Notes under the pieces: model-generated
What the model saw: only the letters and a program-made list of their open reading frames with translations
Database searches by the model: none
What the model was told of the DNA's origin: nothing
In this document: piece after piece, positions 8,780 to 18,169 of the stretch
How positions within the stretch are numbered: the first letter of the stretch is position 1
Layout: each line of letters begins with the position of its first letter
Translations under genes and position numbers: made by a program
Assembly (NCBI GenBank): GCA_044070495.1
Contig: JBIPSI010000009.1
Coordinates: 1 to 64,000, forward strand
Source of the DNA: Spirulina sp.
Lineage (GTDB): Bacteria; Cyanobacteriota; Cyanobacteriia; Phormidesmidales; Phormidesmidaceae
Direction: 5' to 3'
Length of the DNA stretch: 64,000 nt

Positions 8780-9142
8780 TTAAATCGGCAGCACTCTTGC
8801 TCTGGCTTTATTCTCGTTAATGGTAATGAGGGCACCTGTTTCCAACTCCCCAGCAAATTGTTGAAGGGCGTTGAGTAGTAAATCAGCAGCCGTATCCGGG
8901 AAAATATTTTGACTCCGAAGTTGTATGACGCTGGGCGTTGTGTTTTGGCTGCTGGCAAGAATAGCGCCAAAATCGAGGTCATGGGTGAAGACGACGTAAT
9001 CATTCTCAGAGGCCCAAGCCATGATGGTTTTATCGCTAGCCCCTGGGTCGCCCACGTCTAACCAGTGGATGGCGCTGTGGCCAGATGCGTTCAGAACGGG
9101 CACCCAGTCAGGGGACAGGTTCATATCCAGAACAATCTTCAT
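8780..9142 (-). CDS. DUF5615 PIN-like toxin
   Basis: MKIVLDMNLS..D..I..WA...VVFTHDLDFG; overlaps the DUF433 gene. Confidence 0.9.
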   Translation of the reverse strand: MKIVLDMNLSPDWVPVLNASGHSAIHWLDVGDPGASDKTIMAWASENDYVVFTHDLDFGAILASSQNTTPSVIQLRSQNIFPDTAADLLLNALQQFAGELETGALITINENKARARVLPI

Positions 9143-9369
9143 GCTGAGGCGAGGGGTACTTCGATTTCATCGGCTCTCCAGGCGGCGTAGGACAGCGCTT
9201 CATAGATGTCTTCGGCTTCTAAATAGGGATAGGCCCGGAGGATTTCGTCAGTAGAATGCCCACTGGCTAAAAGCCCAACAAGGGTGCCTACCGTGACTCT
9301 CAGGCCCCGGATGCAGGGTTTCCCACCCATCACTTCGGGGTTCAAGGTAATGCGAGTTAGCGGTTTCAT
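9139..9369 (-). CDS. DUF433 antitoxin
   Basis: RITLNPEVMGGKPCIRGLRVTV..EILRAYPYLEAEDIYEALSYAA. Confidence 0.92.
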   Translation of the reverse strand: MKPLTRITLNPEVMGGKPCIRGLRVTVGTLVGLLASGHSTDEILRAYPYLEAEDIYEALSYAAWRADEIEVPLASA

Positions 9370-9429
9370 TGGCCTATTTCTAGTCCTGCTTTATGTTGAT
9401 GTTCTGATTCTCTGGGATGCTCTTGCGGC

Positions 9430-9518
9430 TGTCACCTATTCCCCATTATCCAACTTGGCCAAATTCTCGCGGCAGCGCACTGTCCAGGGGTGGTCGGCCC
9501 CTGCCAGGGCTTGCTGGT
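9430..9518 (-). repeat. Orphan copy B of the 3' end of the NB-ARC/TPR gene (18-bp internal deletion)
   Basis: Matches 10163-10247 except for the missing AGCTTGGGTTCGAGGATG; shares the LDNGE* tail with copy C. Confidence 0.92.
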
Positions 9519-9555
9519 GGCACAGGGGGTTAACTCACAGCGTATTCGGTGGCCA

Positions 9556-9834
9556 TCACGATTTTTTGTTGAGAATGCGATCATATTCTGCATGGGAGCC
9601 AATCCAAAACCAAATGATCTTTTCTTCTTGTGCTTTCATGGTTCCCAAGGCGCGCCAACCGATGCCAACTCTGACTGACCAAATGTTGAGTTTGGCGTTA
9701 ACCTTCTTAAACTCTAGGCTAGGATGGGAGGGATCTTCTTGCCAAAGCTGGTAGTTTTTCTTGGCGGTTTCCTGGACTCGGTTGGGCAGTTTGGCAAAGA
9801 GCTTACGAAAGTCCTGAGTTCTGGAAGATTTCAT
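9556..9834 (-). CDS. RelE/ParE-superfamily toxin
   Basis: 92 aa, basic; FRKLFAKLP..DPSHPSLEFKKV..WSVRVGIGWRAL..WFWIGSHAEYD. Confidence 0.82.
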   Translation of the reverse strand: MKSSRTQDFRKLFAKLPNRVQETAKKNYQLWQEDPSHPSLEFKKVNAKLNIWSVRVGIGWRALGTMKAQEEKIIWFWIGSHAEYDRILNKKS

Positions 9835-10061
9835 TACGCTTCACCAAAACCCCCGTCCTCGGTTTCGCCTGCTTCATCTGCGGCCAAAGCGGCTTGGGCC
9901 AGAGCTTCAAAACCACCCATATCAAGGTTGTCGTTGGCTAGGGTTGCTTGCCATTTCAGCTCATTCTCAATGTCGTTGAGCAATTGCTGAGCCAACTCGT
10001 CTTGCAGATCATCAGGTAGTTTCTGAGCTTCTTTGAAGGCGTATTCTAATAGTGTTGACAT
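9834..10061 (-). CDS. Putative cognate antitoxin
   Basis: 75 aa, acidic; TAATG stop/start coupling with the toxin; LLEYAFKEAQKLPDDLQDELA. Confidence 0.75.
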   Translation of the reverse strand: MSTLLEYAFKEAQKLPDDLQDELAQQLLNDIENELKWQATLANDNLDMGGFEALAQAALAADEAGETEDGGFGEA

Positions 10062-10143
10062 AGCGTACTCTCCCTTTTATTACATTAGAAATCAATGAGT
10101 TGCCGATGATATACGCGAGGGGTCTTACTTTCTCATTATCCCG

Positions 10144-13002
10144 CTACCCTTTGTCCTCGTCTAACTTGGCCAAATTCTCGCGGCAGCGCACTGTCCAGGG
10201 GTGGTCGGCCCCTAGCTTGGGTTCGAGGATGGCCAGGGCTTGCTGGTAAAGGGTACGCGCTTCCTCGGTGCGGCCTTGGGCGGCGTAGAGAATGCCTAGG
10301 TTTTCAGTAACTCGGCCAACATTGGGATGATCTTCACCGAGTGATTGCCGCCAAATCCGTAAGGCCTCACTCAAATATGGCTCGGCTTCGCCATAACGCC
10401 CCTGATCTCGATAAAGGTTAGCCAGATTATTGAGGCTAATGGCGACAGCGGGATGCTCGTCCCCCAAGAGCCGCTTGCGTGTTGCCAGGGACGACTGCAA
10501 GAGAGGTTCGGCCTCATCGTAAGACCCTTGATTGTAATGGAGCAAGGCCAGATTATTGAGGCTGGTGGCGACATCGAGATGCTCGTCACCTAAGAGCCGT
10601 TTCCACATCGCCAGGGCATCTTGGAAGAGGGGTTTGGCCTCCCCATAGCGCCCTTGATGGCCGTAGAGCCCAGCCAGATTATTGAGGCTGGCGGCGACAT
10701 CGGGATGCTCGTCACCTAAGAGCCGCTTGCGTGTTGCCAGGGCCGACTGCAAGAGAGGTTCGGCCTCATCGTAAGCCCCTTGATTGCAATGGAGCATCGC
10801 CAGATTATTGAGGCTAGTGGCGACATCGGGATGCTCGTCACCAAATAGTCGTTTCCACATCGTCAGAGCTTCTTGGAAGAGGGGTTTGGCCTCCCCATAA
10901 CGCCCTTGATGGTCGCAGAGCCCAGCCAGATTATTGAGGCTCCCGGCGACATCAGGATGCTCGTCGCCCAAGAGCCGTTTTCGCATCGCTAGGGCGTCTT
11001 GGAAGAGTGGTTCGGCCTCCCCATAACGGCCTTGTTTTTGGTAGAGAACGGCCAGATTATTGAGGCTAGTGGCGACATCGGGATGCTCGTCACCAAATAG
11101 TCGTTGATACATTGCTAGGGCTTGCTGATAGAGGGGTTCAGCCTCACTGTAGCGGCCTTGCAGTTCGTGGCTTCTGGCAGCGCTGTTTAAGCTGTCGGCG
11201 ATGTCTTCGTGTTCGTCCCCTAGAAGATTGCGCCGCAGGTCTAGCGCTTTCTGCAAGAGCGGGTCAGCCAGGGCATACTCTCCCCTTTCGAGTAAATACA
11301 TACCCATGTCGTGAAACACATCAGCAGCTTCCGTAGAGGCAATAGCGCGCTGCTGGCAGTAGGTAGATAGGTCTTGTACATGGTTTACCAGTGGGGCTAG
11401 GGCGGGCCAGTCTTGATATTCAATGCCTTTGCTCTTTTCTGGCAGCAGCTTTGCCATTGCCCTCAACAGCGGCTCTATCCAGCTTTGGCACCCGGCATCC
11501 CCCAATTCTGCCCGGATCACCTCCTGCAATAGACGATGCAGGCTAAAGCTCTGGTTCTCTGGCTCCACGCGCACCAAGGAATAGCGGCACAGCGGGTTCA
11601 GCAGGTCGTAGAGTTCTAGGGGGTCGTCGTCGGCATCGGCGAGGGCGGTGGCTAGGGGTTCGCCGAGTTCTGTGGCCCCCTGGGTGAACAGGTTAAAGGG
11701 AATGGCATCGGCATGGAGAAAGGCGCAGTAGTTCAGGAGGGCCGCAGCAGCGGGGGCTTCGGTCTGCACTTCCTTGAGGTTCAAGGCCCAGGTGGTGGTA
11801 ATGGATTCGGGGTATTGGCCGAGCTTGGGTTTAGCTTTTTCCAGGCGTTTTAGCCGCTGTTTGCGGTAGCTGGTGAGGTAGTCGCCAAAGGAGACTCGGT
11901 TGGTGACGATGTAGGCGGCGGCTTGCTCTAGGGCCAGGGGCAGGTAGCCCAGTTCGGCGGCGAGGGTGGTAGCGGTTTGCAGTTCGGCAGATTGCTTGTG
12001 GTCGGAGTTTTGATCCCCCCTAGCCCCCCTTATCGAAGGGGGGAACAGGTTGTCTAATAAGCCATCGGGTCTACTGCCCCCCTTTTCAAGGGGGGGTGGG
12101 GGGATCGAGCCTTGGCGTTGAATCGTCTGCCCATCGGGTTTGCCTGCCAACGGTTCTATCCGCTGCATTGGGCGCGTTCCCCGCGCCCCTACGAGATTCA
12201 TCCTGCCAGTGCGGGTCAGCAGGAAGGTGATGGCTTCCTCTGGGCTGAGGGTGGTCACCTCTAGGGGTTGCACAATGCCCAGGTCTTGGAAGTCTTGCGC
12301 CCTAGAGGTAATTAGGATGTGGCCCGTAATCTCGCGGGGGAGAAACGGCTGCACCCGTTCGGGGTGGTCGGCGTTGTCAAAAATCAGCAGCCAGCCCGCT
12401 TCTCGGCTCAGCCACAGCCGCACATACTGCACGGTTTCGTCCTGGTTTTCGGCATCCTTCAGGGGCAGGTTTAGCGCCTGGGCAATGGCGACATAGCTGT
12501 TGGTCAGTTCCAGTTCCGTATCAGCACGAATCCAGAAGACATGGCGATAGTCGTCGCGATAGCGGTAGGCATATTCCACCGCCGTTTGGGTTTTGCCAAT
12601 GCCGCCCAGCCCGCTAATCGCCTGGGTTTGGGAAATCGCCGCTGTCCGCCCCTCATGTAATTGCTGGTGCAGCGTTGCCAACACCTCCTCCCGCCCCGTG
12701 AAGTAGGGATTGCGGCCATAGGGCACCAGCCACGCGGGTTCGTCTTCCCTAGGCGCGGCATCTTCCCCAATCTTGAGGACGCCCGGAAAAAGCTGCTCCA
12801 GTTCCCCATACAGACGATCTAACCCACAGCCCGTCGATCCTTCTACCCAGCTCAGTAGCGCCGCCACTCGGTTGCCCTGGGCTGCTACTCCGGGGGGCAC
12901 CACTCCTGATGGTGGGTTGAGGGTGTATCGCAACAGCTCAAACTGCTCCGGTGGGAGCGCACTCAGGGTTTGAAAGAGGATGCGTCGTTGTTGGGAAGAC
13001 AT
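10144..13002 (-). CDS. STAND/NLR-like protein: N-terminal EAD/Death-like helical domain, NB-ARC NTPase and 42-aa TPR array
   Basis: RNPYFTGRE, Walker A GLGGIGKT, Walker B LLIFDNAD, GYLPLA, LHRLLQ; repeats EHPDVATSLNNLA..QGRYGEAEPL; ATG 13002 (alternative TTG 13032). Confidence 0.9.
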   Translation of the reverse strand: MSSQQRRILFQTLSALPPEQFELLRYTLNPPSGVVPPGVAAQGNRVAALLSWVEGSTGCGLDRLYGELEQLFPGVLKIGEDAAPREDEPAWLVPYGRNPYFTGREEVLATLHQQLHEGRTAAISQTQAISGLGGIGKTQTAVEYAYRYRDDYRHVFWIRADTELELTNSYVAIAQALNLPLKDAENQDETVQYVRLWLSREAGWLLIFDNADHPERVQPFLPREITGHILITSRAQDFQDLGIVQPLEVTTLSPEEAITFLLTRTGRMNLVGARGTRPMQRIEPLAGKPDGQTIQRQGSIPPPPLEKGGSRPDGLLDNLFPPSIRGARGDQNSDHKQSAELQTATTLAAELGYLPLALEQAAAYIVTNRVSFGDYLTSYRKQRLKRLEKAKPKLGQYPESITTTWALNLKEVQTEAPAAAALLNYCAFLHADAIPFNLFTQGATELGEPLATALADADDDPLELYDLLNPLCRYSLVRVEPENQSFSLHRLLQEVIRAELGDAGCQSWIEPLLRAMAKLLPEKSKGIEYQDWPALAPLVNHVQDLSTYCQQRAIASTEAADVFHDMGMYLLERGEYALADPLLQKALDLRRNLLGDEHEDIADSLNSAARSHELQGRYSEAEPLYQQALAMYQRLFGDEHPDVATSLNNLAVLYQKQGRYGEAEPLFQDALAMRKRLLGDEHPDVAGSLNNLAGLCDHQGRYGEAKPLFQEALTMWKRLFGDEHPDVATSLNNLAMLHCNQGAYDEAEPLLQSALATRKRLLGDEHPDVAASLNNLAGLYGHQGRYGEAKPLFQDALAMWKRLLGDEHLDVATSLNNLALLHYNQGSYDEAEPLLQSSLATRKRLLGDEHPAVAISLNNLANLYRDQGRYGEAEPYLSEALRIWRQSLGEDHPNVGRVTENLGILYAAQGRTEEARTLYQQALAILEPKLGADHPWTVRCRENLAKLDEDKG
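12012..12106. repeat. Double-hairpin GATCCCCC..GGGGGATC element inserted in frame in the NB-ARC gene
   Basis: Same family as intergenic copies at 44213-44288, 57951-58026 and 62103-62178. Confidence 0.88.
12170..12192 (-). repeat. GTAG-type REP inside the NB-ARC gene
   Basis: Minus strand GTAG-GGGCGCG-GGGAA-CGCGCCC. Confidence 0.7.
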
Positions 13003-13262
13003 CGGGACGCTGGAGGGGAAGGGTTGTGCCAATCGTAGCCTAGGATTCCAGGCCCTAGCGACCTACCTACGTGAGGACTGGGGGAATGCCGGGTTGATGG
13101 TGGGTGGTGCCCACCCTATGCTGACCTGCCGAGGACGGGGGCAATTCTGTAATTGAAAGGAAAAAGACAGCCTCGGCGGAGGATTTTCAGTAGATTGGTT
13201 AACGTTAGCCTGGGGGTGGAAAACGCCCCTGCTGCCGAGCGACCCGCCGTGAGGACTTCCCC

Positions 13263-14774
13263 ATGATTATTGACGACCAACATTACGATGTCATCATCAT
13301 TGGTACCGGGGCCGGAGGGGGTACCTTGGCTCGCAAGCTAGCTCCGTCGGGGAAGCGGATTTTGCTGCTGGAGCGGGGCGGCGCGATGCCCCTGGCGGAG
13401 CAGAACATCAGCGATGTGGATATTTTCCAAAAGCAGCGCTACCACGCCCCGGAACAGTGGTACGACGACATGGGCGAACCCTTCACGCCCCAAACCAAGT
13501 ACGCCATTGGCGGCAACACCAAAATCTACGGGGCCGCTCTGCAACGGATGCGGGAGAAGGACTTTGAAACCGTGGCCCACCAGGACGGCATTTCGCCGGA
13601 GTGGGATCTGAGCTACGGCGACTTTGAACCCTACTACACCGAGGCCGAAGCACTGTACCAAGTCCATGGCCAAGCTGGGGCTGACCCCACCGAGCCCAGC
13701 CGCAGCGGCGACTTTCCCTTTGCCGCCGTGCCCCACAACGAAACCATGCAGCCCGTGGTCGAAGAAATCGCTAAGCACGGTTGCCATCCCTACCCGCTGC
13801 CTATGTCCCTGTCGTTGCGGGAGGACGACCCCACCGGGGATGCGGAGGTGTTTGGGGTGGCTCCAGCTTTGGATTTTGGTAACGTCACCCTCAAAACCGA
13901 GGCCAAGGTGACGGGGCTGCACACCAACCCCGCCGGGACAGCGGTGAAAGCGGTGCAGGCGGAAGTTTCCGGTCAGCCTTACCTGTTCTTTGCGGACATT
14001 GTGGTGCTGGCCTGCGGGGCAGTGAACTCGGCGGCGATCCTGCTGCAATCCGCCAACGATAAGCATCCCCAGGGTTTGGCCAATCGCTCCGACCAGGTGG
14101 GCCGCAACCTGATGAAAATGCGGATGAGTTCCATCGTCGAAATCACCGCCCATTCCCACGATGGCCAGTTTCCCCGCTCCGTCGGCATCAACGACTACTA
14201 CTGGGGCGACAACCAGTTCCACTACCCCATGGGCCACATCCAAAACATGGGCGGCGTGCTGCAAGATGCCATCTTTGCCGAATCGCCCCCGGTGCTGTCG
14301 CTGATCACCAAGCTGATGCCCAACTTTGGCCTCAAGCAATTGGCCAATCGATCCATCGCCTGGTGGGTGATGACGGAGGTGCTGCCCGACCCCAAAAATC
14401 GGGTGGAGGTGAAAAAGGGTAAGCTCCACATCACCTTTAACCCCAACAACGCCGAGGCCCATGATCGCCTGGTGTACCGCTGGCTGGACGTGCTGAAATC
14501 CATTGAAAAAGATAGTAGCCTGTTCTCCCGTGCCGGAATGCATCCCCGTGGCGAAGTGCCCCTGCCCGTGATGGCCAACCAGTGCGGCACCTGCAAAATG
14601 GGCACCGACCCGGCCACTTCGGTGCTGGATCTCCACTGCCGCACCCACGACCTCGATAACCTCTATGTGGTCGATAGCAGCTTTTTCCCCTCCATCCCCA
14701 GCGTGGGGCCATGCCTGACCGTAATTGCCAACGCTCTGCGGGTGGGGGATCATCTGCTGGAGCGGCTACGCTAG
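13263..14774 (+). CDS. GMC family FAD oxidoreductase
   Basis: IIIGTGAGGG, GGNTKIYGA, LACGAVNS, CGTCKMG, NLYVVDSSFFPS. Confidence 0.92.
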   Translation: MIIDDQHYDVIIIGTGAGGGTLARKLAPSGKRILLLERGGAMPLAEQNISDVDIFQKQRYHAPEQWYDDMGEPFTPQTKYAIGGNTKIYGAALQRMREKDFETVAHQDGISPEWDLSYGDFEPYYTEAEALYQVHGQAGADPTEPSRSGDFPFAAVPHNETMQPVVEEIAKHGCHPYPLPMSLSLREDDPTGDAEVFGVAPALDFGNVTLKTEAKVTGLHTNPAGTAVKAVQAEVSGQPYLFFADIVVLACGAVNSAAILLQSANDKHPQGLANRSDQVGRNLMKMRMSSIVEITAHSHDGQFPRSVGINDYYWGDNQFHYPMGHIQNMGGVLQDAIFAESPPVLSLITKLMPNFGLKQLANRSIAWWVMTEVLPDPKNRVEVKKGKLHITFNPNNAEAHDRLVYRWLDVLKSIEKDSSLFSRAGMHPRGEVPLPVMANQCGTCKMGTDPATSVLDLHCRTHDLDNLYVVDSSFFPSIPSVGPCLTVIANALRVGDHLLERLR

Positions 14775-14851
14775 CTGAAGCAGGGCCAGGTCAACGGTTT
14801 CCCCGTTTTGTGATACAACAAGGCCACGACATATTTGGACGGGGGATAACT

Positions 14852-16528
14852 ATGGTTGATGTGGCCGCTCGATGGCAAGGTTCGGTAATAGCAATGTGGC
14901 GACGGCGATCCTGGCGGCGCATTGTTCAGTTTGTGGCGTTGTTTAGCCTTTGTTTGGGGGTGGCCCTAGGCTGTGCAGGTAGGGATCAACCCGCCGCCGA
15001 TGCTCCCACCAGCGGCGACAGCAACGGGCGGATTTCCCTGGGCACCACCCTCACCGCCCGCACCCTCGACCCCGCCGATGCCTACGAAACCTTCCCCGGC
15101 ATTCTGCTGTTTAACCTGGGGGATCGCCTCTATACCTACACCCCCGGCACGACGGATCTGGTGCCCCAACTGGCTACGGAAATGCCCACCATCAGCGAGG
15201 ATGGCCTCACCTACACCATCCCTCTGCGCCAGGATGTCACCCTCCACGATGGCACCCCCTTCACCGCCGAGGTGATGGCTTTTTCCATCGAGCGGTTTAT
15301 GGAAAATGGCGGGCGTCCGGCCTACCTGCTGTCGGAAAAAATTCAGTCCGTGGAAGCCACGGGCGACTACGAACTCACCATCACCCTCAGCGCCCCCTTT
15401 GCGGCCTTTCCGGCCCTGCTGAGTTTTTCGGGCATCACCCCGGTTTCCCCCGCCAGCTACGAAATCGGGTCGGGCCAGTTTAACCCCGATAGCTTTGTGG
15501 GCAGCGGCCCCTACAAACTAGCCAGCTTTGCCAGCGATGCCATCAAGCTCGATGTCAACGAAAACTACTGGGGCGAGGCTCCAGCCAACCAGGGCATCGA
15601 CATCCAAATTTTCACCAGCCCCGCCAACCTCTACAACACCTTTCAAACGGGTGGCCTCGATGTGGCCTACCAAACCCTCGACCCCGAACAAATCGCCAGC
15701 CTGCAACGGGATGCCAGTTCCGGCGGTTGGCAGGTAATTGAGGGCGGCACCAACGTGATCAACTATATGTCCCTCAATCGGCGGATTGAGCCGATGGACG
15801 ATGTACGGGTGCGGCAGGCCATCGCCGCCATGGTGGATCGGCCTTTGTTGAATGAGCGGGTGTTCCAAGGGCAGGCGGAACCGCTCTATAGCCTAATTCC
15901 CCCCAGCTTTGAGGTGTCTCAGCCCGTGTTCAAAGACACCCTGGGCGACGGCAACTTCGACAAAGCCAGGGAACTGCTGACCGAGGCCGGATTCTCGGAA
16001 ACCAACCCCCTCACCGTAGAAATTTGGTATCCCTCGGCTTCGACGATTCGCAGCATCGTCGCCAACACCCTCAAAGAATCCATCGAAACCGCCCTACCTG
16101 GTCTGGTAATCGTGGACATTCAAAACACCGAAGGGGCTACCCTGTGGCAAAACGTGGGCCAGGGCATCTACCCGATCATCCTCTCTAACTGGTACCCCGA
16201 TTTCTACGACCCCGACACCTTTATCCAGCCCTTTTTGGGGTGCGAAACGGGTAGCGTAGAGGCCGGTTGCGAAGAGGGTGCCTCCCAGGCCAACGGCTCC
16301 TTCTTCTACAGCACCGAAGCCAACGATCTAATCGCCCAACAGCGGGCCGAGCAAGACCCCGCCGCCCGTCAGGCCATCATCGCCGAACTGCAAACCATGA
16401 TGGCGGAGGAAGTGCCCTACGTGCCCCTTTGGCAAAATAAGGACTTTGTCTTCGCCCAGAATGGCGTGGACGGCGTGGCCATCGAACCCAGCCAGCAGTT
16501 TCTGCTCTGGCGCATGAGCCGTTCCTAG
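14852..16528 (+). CDS. ABC transporter substrate-binding lipoprotein (family 5, peptide/nickel)
   Basis: Lipobox ALGC; TLDPADAYE, VTLHDGTPFTAE, GSGPYKL; start uncertain (14852 or 14894). Confidence 0.9.
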   Translation: MVDVAARWQGSVIAMWRRRSWRRIVQFVALFSLCLGVALGCAGRDQPAADAPTSGDSNGRISLGTTLTARTLDPADAYETFPGILLFNLGDRLYTYTPGTTDLVPQLATEMPTISEDGLTYTIPLRQDVTLHDGTPFTAEVMAFSIERFMENGGRPAYLLSEKIQSVEATGDYELTITLSAPFAAFPALLSFSGITPVSPASYEIGSGQFNPDSFVGSGPYKLASFASDAIKLDVNENYWGEAPANQGIDIQIFTSPANLYNTFQTGGLDVAYQTLDPEQIASLQRDASSGGWQVIEGGTNVINYMSLNRRIEPMDDVRVRQAIAAMVDRPLLNERVFQGQAEPLYSLIPPSFEVSQPVFKDTLGDGNFDKARELLTEAGFSETNPLTVEIWYPSASTIRSIVANTLKESIETALPGLVIVDIQNTEGATLWQNVGQGIYPIILSNWYPDFYDPDTFIQPFLGCETGSVEAGCEEGASQANGSFFYSTEANDLIAQQRAEQDPAARQAIIAELQTMMAEEVPYVPLWQNKDFVFAQNGVDGVAIEPSQQFLLWRMSRS

Positions 16529-16604
16529 GGCGCGGCCCCTCACCACCGCCGAGAGGGCAAGGTCATAATGGGGAAAGCCCCCTGACGACCTTGCCTTTTT
16601 TTGC

Positions 16605-17174
16605 GTGAACTCCCTGCAACTGCGCCTCTACATTGCCCTTCGAGTGAGCCTCCATCGGCTGGGGATGGCGGTAAAAACTCGCCCCCGCTGGTCAGACTGG
16701 GGACAGGCGGCGATCCTGTTGGGGGCCTTTAGCCTGGTCGTCCTGCCCCTCGGTCTAGGTAGCCACTGGCTGACCCCTGGCGTTGCCCTGCCTTGGCCCC
16801 AGGGGTTACGGTTGGCGGCGCGGGTTTTAGTCGTCCCAGCCTTGATGGAGGAAGGCTTTTGGCGGGTGCTGATGCTGCCCCACAAAACAGAAATCCTCAC
16901 CCCCAAAAAACGCTGGCTGGTAGGGTTGCCAATGCTGGGCCTGTTTGTGCTGATGCATGTGTTCAGCAGCCTCACCCTCTATCCCCAAGGGTTTCCCACC
17001 TTTGTCGCCCCCATTTTTCTCCTCTCAGCCACCCTGCTAGGGCTAATCTGCACCCTCGCCTACTGGGCCTCCGGGTCGGGCTGGGTGCCCGTGGCCATGC
17101 ATTGGCTGGTGGTGTTTGTGTGGCTAATGTTTTTGGGCGGCTACGATCAACTGGGCCTGGGCCTCTCCCCGTAA
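16605..17174 (+). CDS. CPBP (Abi/CAAX) intramembrane glutamic protease
   Basis: PALMEEGFWR, FVLMH, VAMHW motifs; hydrophobic. Confidence 0.85.
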   Translation: MNSLQLRLYIALRVSLHRLGMAVKTRPRWSDWGQAAILLGAFSLVVLPLGLGSHWLTPGVALPWPQGLRLAARVLVVPALMEEGFWRVLMLPHKTEILTPKKRWLVGLPMLGLFVLMHVFSSLTLYPQGFPTFVAPIFLLSATLLGLICTLAYWASGSGWVPVAMHWLVVFVWLMFLGGYDQLGLGLSP

Positions 17175-17584
17175 CCAGAACCGTAGGGTGCATAGCGCTA
17201 AGGGCGCGGCATAGCCTACGTGGTTATGCCCCATTTGGGGATGCCCTGATTGCTGTGATTAGCCGCAATGCACCACGGAGAAATCAGGGGTAGTCACGGC
17301 GGGTTTGGCATGACAGGAGATCATGGATCGCTTAATGCTCCGGTTGGTGTGGCGCGTGGCTTTGGGGAAAGCAAGACCATCGAGCGGGGTTTGCTTAAGC
17401 CATTGTTGCGCCTACCGATGGGGTGGGGTTTTCGGAGTATGATGATGGTTTGTGGATGATGCCGACCATCATCCTTTTTGCGGCCTTTGAGGTGGCCCTT
17501 GAGGTACTACTGTCAGCGCCCCTTGAGTTGCCCTTCAACGGCAAAACCACTGTCCCAACCCTAGCAAATTCCCTTCCCTGTCCT

Positions 17585-18151
17585 ATGGTGAACACTGCCA
17601 CCCTTCCCACGACCACCGCCGCCCCCCAGGCCATCAAGCACACCATTTCCGTGCTGGTGGAAGATGAGGCCGGAGTTCTTACTCGCATTGCGGGGCTGTT
17701 TGCCCGTCGGGGGTTCAATATCGAAAGTTTGGCGGTTGGCCCTGCGGAAAAGTCTGGCGTGTCGCGCATTACCATGGTGGTTCCTGGCGATGAGCAGGTG
17801 ATTGAACAGTTGACCAAGCAACTCTACAAACTGGTCAACGTGATCAAGGTCAACGACATCACCTACACCCCCTGCGTCGAGCGGGAACTGATGCTGCTAA
17901 AGGTGAATGCCACCAGCGCCAACCGTTCCGAGGTGATTGAACTGGCCCAGATTTTCCGGGCCAGGGTGGTGGATGTGTCCGAAGATTCCCTCACCCTGGA
18001 GGTGGTGGGCGACCCCGGTAAAATGGTGGCCATTGTGCAGGTACTCAACCGCTTTGGCCTGCGCGAAGTTGCCCGCACCGGAAAAATTGCCCTCCCCCGC
18101 GAGTCCGGCGTGAATACCGAATACCTCAAGTCTTTGGCCGAAAAAATTTAG
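17585..18151 (+). CDS. ilvN: Acetolactate synthase small subunit
   Basis: [44 protein letters not shown]. Confidence 0.95.
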   Translation: MVNTATLPTTTAAPQAIKHTISVLVEDEAGVLTRIAGLFARRGFNIESLAVGPAEKSGVSRITMVVPGDEQVIEQLTKQLYKLVNVIKVNDITYTPCVERELMLLKVNATSANRSEVIELAQIFRARVVDVSEDSLTLEVVGDPGKMVAIVQVLNRFGLREVARTGKIALPRESGVNTEYLKSLAEKI

Positions 18152-18169
18152 TTTGTGATCCCCATCCCC

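Noticed and set aside
8641..9003. 120-aa ORF ending in the TPR tail
   Set aside because: Alternative frame of the DUF5615 gene running into orphan copy C; no independent coding evidence
13338..14753. 471-aa minus-strand ORF
   Set aside because: Antisense shadow of the GMC oxidoreductase; no recognisable motifs
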